Made by a program: the position numbers and the translations under genes. A DNA stretch of 64,000 nt from Thermoanaerobaculia bacterium. Lineage in GTDB: Bacteria > Acidobacteriota > Thermoanaerobaculia > Multivoradales > Multivoraceae. Below are positions 31,248-41,578 of this stretch, in pieces. A model generated the notes under the pieces. It was not told where the DNA came from, searched no databases, and saw only the letters and a list, made by a program, of their open reading frames with translations. Position 1 is the stretch's first letter; the number at the start of each line of letters is the position of its first letter. The stretch covers positions 3,744,001 through 3,808,000 of the forward strand of contig OY762911.1 in assembly GCA_963666565.1 (NCBI GenBank), read 5' to 3'.

Positions 31248-31258
31248 CCGTAGCGCAC
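31070..31258. repeat. Degenerate tandem repeat, 9 x 21 bp, at the dppB/dppC junction
   Basis: Units start at 31070, 31091, 31112, 31133, 31154, 31175, 31196, 31217 and 31238 (consensus GACGGCTCAYCCGCNGCGCKC). The last unit is the 3' end of dppB. Confidence 0.9.
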
Positions 31259-32194
31259 CTTCGGGTCGAGCCAGCCGTAGCTCAGGTCGACCAGCAGGTT
31301 GATCAGCAGCACCGCGACGCCGACGACCAGAAACACGCCCGAGATCACCGGGTAGTCGCGCTCGTAGACGCCCTCCAGGAGCAGCAGCCCCATCCCCGGG
31401 ATGACGAAGATCTGTTCCATCACCACCGTGCCGCCGATCAGCAGCGGCGCCTGCAGCCCGATCAGTGTGACGACCGGAATCAGCCCGTTCTTGAGGGCAT
31501 GCTGCACGACCACCGCCCGCTCGCGCAGTCCCTTGGCGCGGGCGGTGCGCACGTAGTCCTGGCGCATTACCTCCAGCATCATCGTCCGGGTCATCCGCAT
31601 CGTCACCGCCGACATCGAGAGCCCGAGCAGGATCGCGGGCACGATCAGGTGGCTGAGGTTCGCCAGCGGATCGACCGTGAAGGGCGTGTACTCGAGCTCC
31701 GGCGCCCAGCGCCACCAGACCGAAGGGAAAACCATGACGAGGGTACCCAGCCAGAAGCCGGGCACGGCCAGCATCACCAGCGAGAACGACCGCGCCGTGT
31801 AGTCCATCGCGGAGTCCTGGCGGGTCGCCGACAGGATCCCGACCGGCACCGCCACCGAGAGCGCGACGATCATCGCCAGGAGCCCCAGCTCGAAGGTCAC
31901 CGGCAGCCGCTCCAGGATCTGCTCCAGCACCGGCGTGCTCCGCCACAGAGACTGGCCCAGATCGCCGCGCAGCGCGTCGCCCGCCCAGCGCAGGTACTGC
32001 GAGACCATCGGCTGGTCGAGACCCATCGCCGACTCGAGCGCCTCCCGGTCCATGCTCGTCGAGACGTCGTTCTGCGCCAGCATCAGGTCGATCACGTCGC
32101 CCGGGATGACCCGCATCGACACGAAGACGATCAGGCTGGCGAAGAACAGCGTCGGCGCCATGGCCAGCAACCGGCGGAGGATGTATGTCTTCAT
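31244..32194 (-). CDS. Peptide ABC permease (DppB/OppB-like)
   Basis: MKTYILRRLL, GDLGQS, QDYVRTARAKGL and DLSYGWLDPKVR. Confidence 0.93.
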   Translation of the reverse strand: MKTYILRRLLAMAPTLFFASLIVFVSMRVIPGDVIDLMLAQNDVSTSMDREALESAMGLDQPMVSQYLRWAGDALRGDLGQSLWRSTPVLEQILERLPVTFELGLLAMIVALSVAVPVGILSATRQDSAMDYTARSFSLVMLAVPGFWLGTLVMVFPSVWWRWAPELEYTPFTVDPLANLSHLIVPAILLGLSMSAVTMRMTRTMMLEVMRQDYVRTARAKGLRERAVVVQHALKNGLIPVVTLIGLQAPLLIGGTVVMEQIFVIPGMGLLLLEGVYERDYPVISGVFLVVGVAVLLINLLVDLSYGWLDPKVRYG

Positions 32195-32388
32195 GGAAGG
32201 CACAGGAGGATACAGGCCGGCGACACCCTCAGGGGACGGCGGCGTCCACAAAGTTCGACGACTGCCGACCTTGCGACGAGGACGACGATCCCGGATCCCG
32301 CGCCACGGACCGGCGCCGACGCGCGATCCCGGCCTCCTTCTTGCAGGCGCCGCGCCAGGCACGGGCCGATAACGTCGGCGTGCCGAGA

Positions 32389-34413
32389 ATGCCCCCGAGT
32401 GCCGCTTCATCCCGCCGAGCCCGCCGGCAGACAGCGCCAGCAGCGGCGCTGCTCGTTCTCTCCGCGTGGGCAGCGCCCGAGGCGGCCGCCTGGCCCCAGG
32501 CAGGGTCCGCTCGCGACGCCGCCGGCGCCGACGCGGCGTCCGTCGCCGCCTTCGAGGGCGCCTGGGTTCGCAACCGTCAGCTCAGCGAAGACCCGATGGA
32601 TCGGCTCGTCGCCCTGTTCGGGGCAGCAGCCGACGTGCCGGCGCCGCTGCGGGACTTCGCCCGGTCGATCTCCGACCGGCGGCGCGGCCTGCACATCGGG
32701 TCGGATGGCGGACAGGTGAGGATTCAGAACGCGGCGGGCGAGATCCTCAGCCTCCCGGTCGACGGCCGGTCGCGCGTCGACAGCCGCGGCAACAGGACCA
32801 GCGCCTACCTTGCGGGGGGCGCGCTGGAAGTCGTCACCGAGGGAGGCGGCTGGCTCTGGCACTGGCGCGAAACGTACTACCGGTCCGGCGACCGGCTCGT
32901 CGGGACGACGGAGTCGCAGAACCTCGCGGTCGACCTGAACCTCAGGACCGTCTACGACTACGTCGAGGGCAAGCCGCCACCGGCAAGCTCGCCCCGAGTC
33001 GAGGAGATCGGCTCGGCGAGCCAGGCGGCACTCCGCATCGTGCCGCCGCAACGCAAACACCGCGAGTTGCTGAGCGGACCCGTCGACGTCCAGGCGCTGG
33101 TCCTCGATCCACTGATCGACACGGTCGAGTTCCTGCTCGACGGAGAGCGCGTCAAGCAGTCGAGGAGGCCGCCGTACAAGGCCACGATCCGCCTCGGCGA
33201 TCCGCCGCGCGAGCAGACTCTGGAAATCCGCGGCTACCGCAACGGAGGCGCCAGCCTCGGCGTCGACCGGATCGTGCTGAACGGGCTCGACCTGCCCTTC
33301 GCGGTCCGCATCGCCGGCCTGCGTCCCGTTGCCGGCGAGGGCGCGTCGGCAGTCAGCGTCGAGGCCCGCGTCTCCGTGCCGCCAGGGGTCGCTCTGGCGG
33401 GCGTCGACATCTACCGCGGCCAACGTCCGGTCGCCGCGTTCGACCGCCCGGACTGGAGAGAGAGCCGCGACCGGTCCCGCACGATCGGCGTCGACGCCCT
33501 GGTCGAGAACGTCTCGCCGGACGATTTCGTCCGGGTGTCGGCCCGACTCGAGGACGGGCGGGAACGGGAGGACGCCGAGCTCGTCCAGGGCGCCGAGTTC
33601 GAGAGCGAGGTCGATGTCCAACTGGTTCAACTCCAGATTCTCGCGGTCGACCGCGCCGGCAACCCGCTGAGCGACCTGCAGCCGGAGGATTTCGAGATCC
33701 TCGAGAACGGGGAGCGACTCCAGGTCGAGAACCTCCGCGGTTCCGACGACGTGCCGCTCGTTCTCGGCATCGCAATGGACTCCTCGGAGAGCATGCGACT
33801 GGTCTGGCGGCAGTTGCGCACCGTCGTCCGGAGGTTCCTGGCGGCGGCACTGGACGTCGACGATCGAGCGTTCCTCGTCGACTTCGACGACACGGTCCGG
33901 CTCCTGCAACCGCCGACGGGCGACCGGTCCCTGCTGGCTGTCCGCCTCAACCGCCTTCTCGCCGAAGGCGGCACGGCGATCAACGACGGGCTTCTCTTCT
34001 CGCTCCTCCAGTTCCGCGGGGAACCCGGGCGCCGCGCCCTGATCCTGGTGACCGACGGCGACGACCGGCACAGCCGAACGAAGACGGCCCAGGTCACGGA
34101 CTTCGCCGAACGCGCCGGGATCCCCATCTACTTCATCGCCGTCGGCTGGGGAGACCCACCCCGCGGCCTGGTGCGAAAGCTCAGCCGGCGCACGGGCGGC
34201 CGCCTGTTCCGCATCCACCCGAGCCTGTCTCCGTCCGGTCTGGAAAGGGCGTTGCAGGATGTGTTCGACCGGATCGACGAGGATCTCCGTCGCCAGCATG
34301 TGCTGACGTACTACTCCAACCGGCCGGTAGGCGCCGCGATCGAACCTCGCGTCGAGGCCGTGCGCGACGGGCTTGCGGTCAAGAGCGTCCTGCCGCTCGA
34401 CAGGGTCGACTAG
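32389..34413 (+). CDS. Exported Ig-like/VWA domain protein, paralog 1
   Basis: Signal-like N-terminus, GAWVRN domain, VEFLLDG Ig-like domain, and a VWA domain with DSSES, GGTAIND and TDG. Start approximate. Confidence 0.85.
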   Translation: MPPSAASSRRARRQTAPAAALLVLSAWAAPEAAAWPQAGSARDAAGADAASVAAFEGAWVRNRQLSEDPMDRLVALFGAAADVPAPLRDFARSISDRRRGLHIGSDGGQVRIQNAAGEILSLPVDGRSRVDSRGNRTSAYLAGGALEVVTEGGGWLWHWRETYYRSGDRLVGTTESQNLAVDLNLRTVYDYVEGKPPPASSPRVEEIGSASQAALRIVPPQRKHRELLSGPVDVQALVLDPLIDTVEFLLDGERVKQSRRPPYKATIRLGDPPREQTLEIRGYRNGGASLGVDRIVLNGLDLPFAVRIAGLRPVAGEGASAVSVEARVSVPPGVALAGVDIYRGQRPVAAFDRPDWRESRDRSRTIGVDALVENVSPDDFVRVSARLEDGREREDAELVQGAEFESEVDVQLVQLQILAVDRAGNPLSDLQPEDFEILENGERLQVENLRGSDDVPLVLGIAMDSSESMRLVWRQLRTVVRRFLAAALDVDDRAFLVDFDDTVRLLQPPTGDRSLLAVRLNRLLAEGGTAINDGLLFSLLQFRGEPGRRALILVTDGDDRHSRTKTAQVTDFAERAGIPIYFIAVGWGDPPRGLVRKLSRRTGGRLFRIHPSLSPSGLERALQDVFDRIDEDLRRQHVLTYYSNRPVGAAIEPRVEAVRDGLAVKSVLPLDRVD

Positions 34414-34452
34414 CGCCCCGAAACCCCGAGCATCGCGAGGGGTTTCGGGGCG
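34414..34452 (+). terminator. 14-bp stem-loop immediately after the VWA1 stop (no U-tract)
   Basis: CGCCCCGAAACCCC / GGGGTTTCGGGGCG with an 11-nt loop. Confidence 0.5.
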
Positions 34453-34504
34453 GCCCGCCGTCGCGTCGAAGTGCGTCGAGTCTCGGTCACGTCAGTTCTT
34501 CCCG

Positions 34505-35254
34505 ATGCTCCAGGCAGCCATCCTCGCCACCGTCCTGCTGACCGCCGTCATCTCCGGTGTGCTCGGCATGGCCGGCGGCCTGATCCTGATGGCCGTGCTC
34601 GCGAGCGTTCTGCCGGTGACCGGAGCGATGATCCTGCACGGCGCCGTGCAGGCGACGTCGAACGGCGCGCGCTTCCTGTTTCTCCGGGACCGCATGATGT
34701 GGTCCGTGCTGCCGTGGTACGGCGTCGGCGCGGCGCTCGCGGTGCTGCTGTTCGCGGCGATCGCCTTCGTGCCCGATCCGGCCGTGGTGCTGATCGTCGT
34801 CGGCAGCTTCCCCTGGGTCGCGCGGCTGCTGCCGGCGCTCCGGGGTCTCGACGTGCGCAAGCGGCCGACGGCGGCGCTCTGCGGCCTGACCGTCACCGGG
34901 GCGCAACTTCTCGCCGGCGCGTCCGGGCCCCTGCTTGACGCGTTCTACCTGGAGACGGACGTCGACCGCCGCTCGATCGTCGCCACCAAGGCGTTCACGC
35001 AGACCGTCGGCCATCTCCTCAAGATCGGCTACTACGTGTGGGTGTCCCGAACGGTGCTGCCGGAGCTGCCCGAGGCCCGGCTCTCGCCGTGGCTGATCGC
35101 CGGCGGCATGGCGCTCGCCGTGGCGGGCGCGCGGATCGGGACGCGCCTCCTCGACCGGTTCGACGACCGCCAGTTCCGGCGGATCACCGGGCCGGTGATC
35201 CTGGCGCTGGGGGCGGTTTGCGTGCTGAAGGGGGTGCGGGACATGCTGGTCTGA
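34505..35254 (+). CDS. TauE/SafE (TSUP) family membrane protein
   Basis: ISGVLGMAGG, LAGASGPLL and IVATKA; multiple TM segments. Confidence 0.85.
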   Translation: MLQAAILATVLLTAVISGVLGMAGGLILMAVLASVLPVTGAMILHGAVQATSNGARFLFLRDRMMWSVLPWYGVGAALAVLLFAAIAFVPDPAVVLIVVGSFPWVARLLPALRGLDVRKRPTAALCGLTVTGAQLLAGASGPLLDAFYLETDVDRRSIVATKAFTQTVGHLLKIGYYVWVSRTVLPELPEARLSPWLIAGGMALAVAGARIGTRLLDRFDDRQFRRITGPVILALGAVCVLKGVRDMLV

Positions 35255-35266
35255 GCGGCCGCCTGT

Positions 35267-35309
35267 CGGGTGCGCGGGTCTTCTGACCCGCTGCCGCCGA
35301 TGGCGGCCA
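35267..35309. repeat. REP-like copy
   Basis: CGGGTGCGCGGGTCTTCTGACCCGCTGCCGCCGATGGCGGCC. Confidence 0.85.
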
Positions 35310-35350
35310 GCGGTTGGCCTGTATCCTGCATGGATTCGAGAACCATCCTC

Positions 35351-37714
35351 ATGACGAGCACCAATGAGATCGGGCGACGGCAGCCGCTCTGCGTCCGTAG
35401 CGCGGGCCCGTGGCTTGCGGCAGGCGCCCTCGGCCTGCTCTGCGCGGCCGCCTCGACGGAAACGGGCGCCCAGGAACCGGCGGCCCCGGAGACGTCGGCC
35501 GCCACGATGCCCGGCGACCCCGTCGCCGCCATTCCGGGCATCTGGATCCGGGACGAACGGCTGAGCGAGGACGCGATCGAGAAGCTCGAGGAAGCCTACG
35601 GGCAGACCTTCGGCGGCGGACCGGGCCGGTCCCCCGGCGCGAACCCCGGCAGCGGCCGCACCGGAGGCTTCGGCCGCGCGGGCCAGGGCGGCCAGGGCCC
35701 TTCGGGCCGCGGCGGATTCGGCGGCGGCCGCTCCGGCCGGCAGCCGAGCGGTGCCCAGGACGGCCCGGCGGGGATGCGCGAGATGGCGCGCGAGCTCGCG
35801 GAGCGGCTCGACGTGCTGCTGATCCGCATCGACGACCCCCAGCTCCTGATCCGCAACGCGAAGCGCGAGGACCGCATCCTCTACCTCGACGGGCGCGACA
35901 TCGCCGACGGCTTCGGCGGCCGCAGCCGCGCCCGCCTTCTGGGCGACTCGCTGGAGGTCGAGACCGCCTCCCAGGGGCGGCAGCGGATCGAGACCTTCTA
36001 CCTGGAGGGCGATCGGCTCGTGCTGACGACCGACCTCCAGGGCGGACGCTTCGCCGACCTGTCGTTCCGCACGGTCTACGAGCGCTCCGGCGACGCGCCC
36101 GCGGTCGCGGTTCCAGCGTCCGTGCCGCCCGACCGCGACACGACCCAGGAAGACCCCGGCAGCCTGCGCCTCGACGGGTCCCCGCCGCGCGCCCGCGAGG
36201 CTGCCGCCGAACCGGCCGAGGACGGCTTCGACAGGGCCGACTTCCTGCCGCCGGTCGAGGAGCGTCTCGGCGGGCGCCGGCGGCCGGAACGCGCCGATGC
36301 CGCCCGCAGCGCGCGGCCGGCGACGATCCGCATCCTGCCGCCGGAGCGCGGCTACCGCGAGCTGCTCACCGGCCGCGTCCCGATCCAGACGCTCACGATC
36401 GACCCGCAGATCGCCGTCGTCGAGTTCCTCCTCGACGGCGAACGGGCGGCCCGCGACACGACGCCGCCGTTCGAGGCGAGGATCGAACTCGCCGATCCGC
36501 CCCGCGAACAGACGATCGAGGTCCGGGCAACCAGTGCCCGGGGCGCCCACGCCGGCACCGACAGGCTCGTCCTGAACCGCCTCGACCCGCCGTTCGCGGT
36601 CCGCATCGCCGGCATCGTTCCCGGCGAAGCCGACGGTCAGGAGACCGTCCGCGTGGAGGCCGGCATCTCCGTGCCGCGCTCCGAGACGCTCGAGCGAGTC
36701 GACTTCTACCGGACGGAACGGCTCGTCGCCTCGTTCGACGACTTCGAGGGCGAGGCCGGGCCCAGCGGCGTGCGCTCGGTGACGGCCGACGTCCCGACGT
36801 CCGCCGCCACGCCCCAGGACTTCGTCCGCGTCGTCGCCCGCCTGGGGGACGGCCGGGAACTCGAAGAGGTCGAACTGCTCCAGGGCGCCCGGTTCCAGGA
36901 CGAGGTCGACGTGCAGCTCGTCCAGCTCCAGGTGCTGGTGGTGGACCGCGGCGGCAACCCGGTCGGCGATCTCGAGCCGGGAGACTTCGAGGTCCGCGAG
37001 AACGGCGAGCGCCGCCAGGTCGAGAATCTCCACGTCTCGAACGAGATCCCCCTGTCCCTGGGCCTGGCGATCGACTCCTCCGGCAGCATGGAGCCCATCT
37101 GGCGCCGGACGAACGCGATCGCCGAGACCTTCCTGAACGGCGCCCTGACCTGGCGCGACCACGCCTTCCTGGTGGACTTCGACTCGACGCTGCGCTTGGT
37201 GCAGCCGCTCACCGGCAGCAAGCCGCTGCTGGCGCGCGGGCTGGAGCGCCTGTTCCCGCAGGGCAACACGGCCCTCTACGACGCGATCCTCTTCTCGCTG
37301 CTTCAGTACGGCGACGCGCCCGGCCGCCGCGCCCTGGTCGTCGTCACCGACGGCTTCGACTCGAACAGCCGCTCGGACCCCACCCGCGCGATCGACTTCG
37401 GCAAACGGCTGGGCGTCCCGGTCTACGTCGTCGCCATGCGTTCGATGGGCTTCGGCCCGACGACGATGGAGGACGCGAACCTCCGCAACAGCATGCGGCT
37501 CATCACCGGGCCGACCGGCGGCCGCCTGTTCCAGATCGAGTCGATCGACCAGATGGCCGCGGTGTTCGATCACATCGAAGAGGAGCTCCGGCGGCAGTAC
37601 GTCCTGACCTACTACAGCGAGCGCCCGTTCGGCTCCGCCGTCGAGCCGGAAGTCCGGATGACCCGAAGGGGCCTCCGGGTGCGGAGCGCCCTGCCGCTGG
37701 AGGCCATTGACTAG
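35351..37714 (+). CDS. Exported Ig-like/VWA domain protein, paralog 2 (Gly-rich insert)
   Basis: GIWIRDERLSED, a Gly/Arg-rich segment, VEFLLDG, DSSGS MIDAS, GNTALYD and TDG. Confidence 0.85.
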   Translation: MTSTNEIGRRQPLCVRSAGPWLAAGALGLLCAAASTETGAQEPAAPETSAATMPGDPVAAIPGIWIRDERLSEDAIEKLEEAYGQTFGGGPGRSPGANPGSGRTGGFGRAGQGGQGPSGRGGFGGGRSGRQPSGAQDGPAGMREMARELAERLDVLLIRIDDPQLLIRNAKREDRILYLDGRDIADGFGGRSRARLLGDSLEVETASQGRQRIETFYLEGDRLVLTTDLQGGRFADLSFRTVYERSGDAPAVAVPASVPPDRDTTQEDPGSLRLDGSPPRAREAAAEPAEDGFDRADFLPPVEERLGGRRRPERADAARSARPATIRILPPERGYRELLTGRVPIQTLTIDPQIAVVEFLLDGERAARDTTPPFEARIELADPPREQTIEVRATSARGAHAGTDRLVLNRLDPPFAVRIAGIVPGEADGQETVRVEAGISVPRSETLERVDFYRTERLVASFDDFEGEAGPSGVRSVTADVPTSAATPQDFVRVVARLGDGRELEEVELLQGARFQDEVDVQLVQLQVLVVDRGGNPVGDLEPGDFEVRENGERRQVENLHVSNEIPLSLGLAIDSSGSMEPIWRRTNAIAETFLNGALTWRDHAFLVDFDSTLRLVQPLTGSKPLLARGLERLFPQGNTALYDAILFSLLQYGDAPGRRALVVVTDGFDSNSRSDPTRAIDFGKRLGVPVYVVAMRSMGFGPTTMEDANLRNSMRLITGPTGGRLFQIESIDQMAAVFDHIEEELRRQYVLTYYSERPFGSAVEPEVRMTRRGLRVRSALPLEAID

Positions 37715-37882
37715 GCGGGGCTCCGCCCCAGACCGACGAGCACATGAAACCGCGGAAAGCCCCACACTGGGTCCGCCGGCGGCCGCCGAAGGCGGCCAGG
37801 AAACGCACCGCGAACCGGCAGCGGCTGCGCCTGCCACTTTGCCGCGAATCTGCCTAAACTGTAGAGATGACGCCCGCTCGAG

Positions 37883-39946
37883 ATGTCTAGACGGGGCGGG
37901 AACCCAGGCGGCGCGGGCCGCGCCGCCCGGACAGCCGCCGCGACGGCGATGGCGATCGCCATGGCGGCGCCGGCGCCGAACGAGGGACAGGTCTGGAGCG
38001 ACCGAATGCTCGGCATTCCCGGCGTGCGCGAGGGTCTGCCTTTCTCCCCGCTTCTGGGCCCATGGATCCGGAACGACGCGCACAGCCAGCACCCGGTGAA
38101 GAACATCGAGACCCTGAGCCTCGACTCGGAGGACGACCTGGCGGGCCTGCGCCCGCTGGCGGAGGCATTTGCCGAGAGCAACGCCACCCTGATGATCCGG
38201 GTTCTCCAGGAGGACCTGGTGCTGCTCGACAGCCGCGGCAGCACGCTCCAGGTTCCGTACAACGGCAGGCGGCGGCGCCTCGGCGGCGGCCTCAGGGGAC
38301 AGGTTCTCGAGGCCGGCGAAACGGTCACGATCGAGATGACCGCCGATGACGGACGGCAACTCGACACCTTCTTCCGGGAGCGCCAGTGGCTCGTGCGGTG
38401 GACCGACATCGAACCCCGGGGCCTGCCCCCGTTCCAGGTCGACACGGTCTACGAGCGGCCGGGCCCGCCACCCGAACCGGACGGCTTCCCGGTCGAACCC
38501 CCCGCCGCCATCCGCATCGTGCCGCCCGAACGCGGCTACGGCGAACCGCTCAGCGGCCCGGTCGAGATCCAGACCCTGGCTATCGACCCCCGCATCGCCG
38601 AAGTCGAGTTCTTTCTCGACGGCGAACGAGTCAAGCGGGTTCGGAAGCGGCCCTTCAGGACCCGTGTCCGCCTCGCCCATCCGCCTCGTCCGCAGACGCT
38701 CGAAGTCGTGGCCCATGCCGAGCCCTGGATGTACCTCGGCCAGGATGAACTCGTCTACCTCGGCCAGGATGAACTCGTCCTCAACCAGGTCGACCTGCCA
38801 TTCGCCGTGCGCATCGAGGACATGAGCAGCCTGCAAGTGAACGGGAGTGCCGCGACACAGGTGGAGGCGTCCCTTTCGCTGCCCCGCTCCGCCGCGCTCG
38901 AGCAGGTCGAGTTCTACCGGAGCGACCTCCTCGTCGAGGCCCTGCGCGACTTCGGCCGAGAGGCGGCCGCGGGCGACCCACGCGCGATTCAAGTGGAGGC
39001 GCTGATCGACGGCGGCCAGCCCGACGACTTCATCCGCGTCGTGGCGAAGCTCGCCGACGGCCGCGAGCGGGAAGACGCGCAACTTCTCCAGGCCGCCGAC
39101 TACGAGAGCGAGATCGACATCCAGTTGGCCCAGTTCCAGGTGCTGGCGACCGACCGCGACGGCAACCCCGTGAGCGGACTCTCGACCGAGGACTTCGAGA
39201 TACGCGAGAACGGGCAGGAACGCTCCGCGACGGCCCTCCACACCGCGTACGACGTGCCGCTCGTACTCGGGCTCGCGATCGACTCGTCGGACAGCATGCT
39301 GCCTACCTGGAGTCGCCTGACGTACATCGCGCGGACCTTCCTTGAGAGCGCGCTGACGCCGGGCGACCGCGCCTTCCTCGTCGACTTCGACGACACGGTG
39401 CGCCTCGTTCAGCCGCTGACCGGGGACGAACCCCTGCTGTCCGAGCGCCTCGACCGCCTGATCCCGATGGGCGGCACGGCCCTGAACGACGGGCTCCTTT
39501 TCTCCCTCCTGCAGTACCGCGGCGAGCCCGGGCGGCGGGCGCTCGTCGTCATCACGGACGGCGCCGATCAGCACAGCCGTTCCAGCCCCGAGCAGTCCAG
39601 CGAGTTCGCGGAGCGGCTGGGCCTGCCGATCTACTTCATCGAGCTGGACAACTCCCGGCCCGGGAGTTCCGGCGCCGCCGCCCTTCGCCGCAACCGCGAG
39701 CGCCTCCGGCGCATCGCCGAAGAGACGGGCGGCCGTCTCTTCCATCTGCAGCTCCACGGCGGCTCGCGCTGGTGGGCCGAACCGATCGAGCAGGTCTTCG
39801 AGCAGATCGAGGAGGACCTGCGCCACCAGCACGTCCTGACCTGGTACACCGAACAGCCTCGCGGAGCGCCGGCCGAACCGGATATCCGGGTCACGCGGCG
39901 CGGGCTGAAGCTGCGCAGCGCCGTGCCGCTGCCGGGGATCGAGTAG
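37883..39946 (+). CDS. Exported Ig-like/VWA domain protein, paralog 3
   Basis: GPWIRND, VEFFLDG, DSSDS, GGTALND and TDG; carries an internal 24-bp duplication. Confidence 0.85.
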   Translation: MSRRGGNPGGAGRAARTAAATAMAIAMAAPAPNEGQVWSDRMLGIPGVREGLPFSPLLGPWIRNDAHSQHPVKNIETLSLDSEDDLAGLRPLAEAFAESNATLMIRVLQEDLVLLDSRGSTLQVPYNGRRRRLGGGLRGQVLEAGETVTIEMTADDGRQLDTFFRERQWLVRWTDIEPRGLPPFQVDTVYERPGPPPEPDGFPVEPPAAIRIVPPERGYGEPLSGPVEIQTLAIDPRIAEVEFFLDGERVKRVRKRPFRTRVRLAHPPRPQTLEVVAHAEPWMYLGQDELVYLGQDELVLNQVDLPFAVRIEDMSSLQVNGSAATQVEASLSLPRSAALEQVEFYRSDLLVEALRDFGREAAAGDPRAIQVEALIDGGQPDDFIRVVAKLADGREREDAQLLQAADYESEIDIQLAQFQVLATDRDGNPVSGLSTEDFEIRENGQERSATALHTAYDVPLVLGLAIDSSDSMLPTWSRLTYIARTFLESALTPGDRAFLVDFDDTVRLVQPLTGDEPLLSERLDRLIPMGGTALNDGLLFSLLQYRGEPGRRALVVITDGADQHSRSSPEQSSEFAERLGLPIYFIELDNSRPGSSGAAALRRNRERLRRIAEETGGRLFHLQLHGGSRWWAEPIEQVFEQIEEDLRHQHVLTWYTEQPRGAPAEPDIRVTRRGLKLRSAVPLPGIE
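38732..38779 (+). repeat. Perfect 24-bp tandem duplication (YLGQDELV x2)
   Basis: TACCTCGGCCAGGATGAACTCGTC at 38732-38755 and 38756-38779. Confidence 0.95.
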
Positions 39947-39962
39947 GACGACGGGGAAGCGC

Positions 39963-41557
39963 GTGAAGACCTCGGTCTCCTTCCGTACCGCATTGGTCCT
40001 TGCGGTCGTGGTCGCGCCGGGGTCCTCCGGCAGTACGCCGGCCCTTGCCCAGGACGCGATTCCCGATCCTGGGACCGGAGCGGAGCGGAAGATGATCCAC
40101 ATCGTGCCGCCGGTCCTCGGCTACCTCGAACCGTTCAGCGGCAGAGTCGAGATCCAGACACTGATCATCCACCCGCTGATCGCCACGGTCGACTTCGTCG
40201 TCGACGGCAAGGTGACGTGGGGGGTCGCGAAGAAGCCGTACGTCGGCCGCATCGAACTAGCGGAACCGCCGCGAAGACAGACGCTCGAAGTCCGCGGCTA
40301 CGACGCACTGGGCCAGATCCTCGGCGCCGACCGGATGATCCTCAACCAGCCGGACGTGCCGTTCGGCGTCCGCATCGTCGCGATGCGCCGCCTGCAGGTG
40401 AATAGGCACGACCTTCTCGGCGTCGAGGTCGCCGTCTCGGTGCCCCGGTCCGCGAGGCTCGAACGGGTCCGGTTCTACCGCGGCGAACGCCTGGTCGAAG
40501 CGCTGCGTCTCTCCGGCGAAGACGCGGCGGCCGGCGCGCCGCGCAAGATCGCCGTCGACAGCCTGATGGAGTCCGTTCCCGCGGACAGCTTCGTCCGCGT
40601 CGTGGCCGAGCTCGCCGACGGCCGCGAATCGGAAGATGCGAGGCTCTTTCAGGGCGCCGAGCATCGGGACGAAATCGACGTCCGCCTCATCCAGCTCCAG
40701 GTGCTGGTGACCGATGGCCGTGGAAACCCTGTCAGCGGCCTGAAGTCGGAGGACTTCGAGATCCACGAGAACGGCAGGCGCCGTCCGGTGCAGAACCTCC
40801 ATACCGCTCACGACGTCCCCCTGGTTCTGGGACTGGCCATCGACACCTCGGACAGCATGAAGCCCATCTGGCGCAGGTGCGGGAAGCGTCCGCCGCCTTC
40901 CTCGAGGCTGCCCTGTCTCCGGGAGACCGGGCCTTCGCCGTCGACTTCGCGGGGACCGTCCGTCTGGCCCAACCGTTGACCGCAAACAAACCGCGGCTTA
41001 CGAGCCAGGTGAGATCGCTCGTCCCCAGAATCGGCACCGCACTGAACGACGGGATCCTGTTCTCCCTGCTCCAGTTCGGCCGGGAACCGGGGCGCCGGGC
41101 TCTGGTCGTCATGACCGACGGCATCGACCTGCACAGCCGGTCCACGCCGGAACAGTCCGCCGACTTCGCGGAGCGCCTTGGGCTTCCGATCTACTTCATC
41201 GAACTGGACCGGCCCGCCAGAAGAGCCATCGGTCGAAACGGCGGCCAGTTGAACGTCCCGAGAGAGCTGAATCGGCGACGACACCGGAAACGGCTCGAAA
41301 CGATCAGCCGCCGAACCGGCGGCCGCCTCTTCTACGTCGACCTGTCCGCCAACAATCCGCCGTGGACGCACCGCATCCAGGGTGTCTTCAGGCAGATCGA
41401 AGCCGACCTGCGGCACCAGCACGTTCTGACGTACTACACGGACGGGACGCCCGGCGCCGCCATCGCGCCGAGAGTCGGAGTGACCCGGCGCGGGCTCAGG
41501 CTGCGGAGCGCGGTACCCGTCGAGGCGATCGAGCTGCCTTCCGCGGCCGTCGAGTAG
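39963..41557 (+). pseudogene. Ig-like/VWA paralog 4, split by a 1-bp frameshift near 40874
   Basis: Homology to the paralogs runs to DTSDSMKPIWR in one frame and resumes at (Q)VREASAAFLE in the 40877..41557 frame. It lacks the N-terminal GxWxRN domain. Confidence 0.8.
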
Positions 41558-41578
41558 CCGCAGCAGGACACCGGTGCG

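Noticed and set aside
31070-31258. 21-bp periodic array as a CRISPR array
   Set aside because: The units are contiguous and degenerate with no unique spacers, and there are no cas genes in the window.
37867-37890. 7-codon uORF (MTPARDV) after a TAAACT box upstream of VWA3
   Set aside because: Too short to distinguish from chance, with no independent support.
34487-40102. 1871-aa minus-strand ORF and similar long antisense or shifted-frame ORFs (for example 11657..15010 upstream of 13432 and 43684..46338 upstream of 44691)
   Set aside because: These are shadow frames of real genes in high-GC DNA, with no motifs and Arg/Pro/Gly-biased composition.
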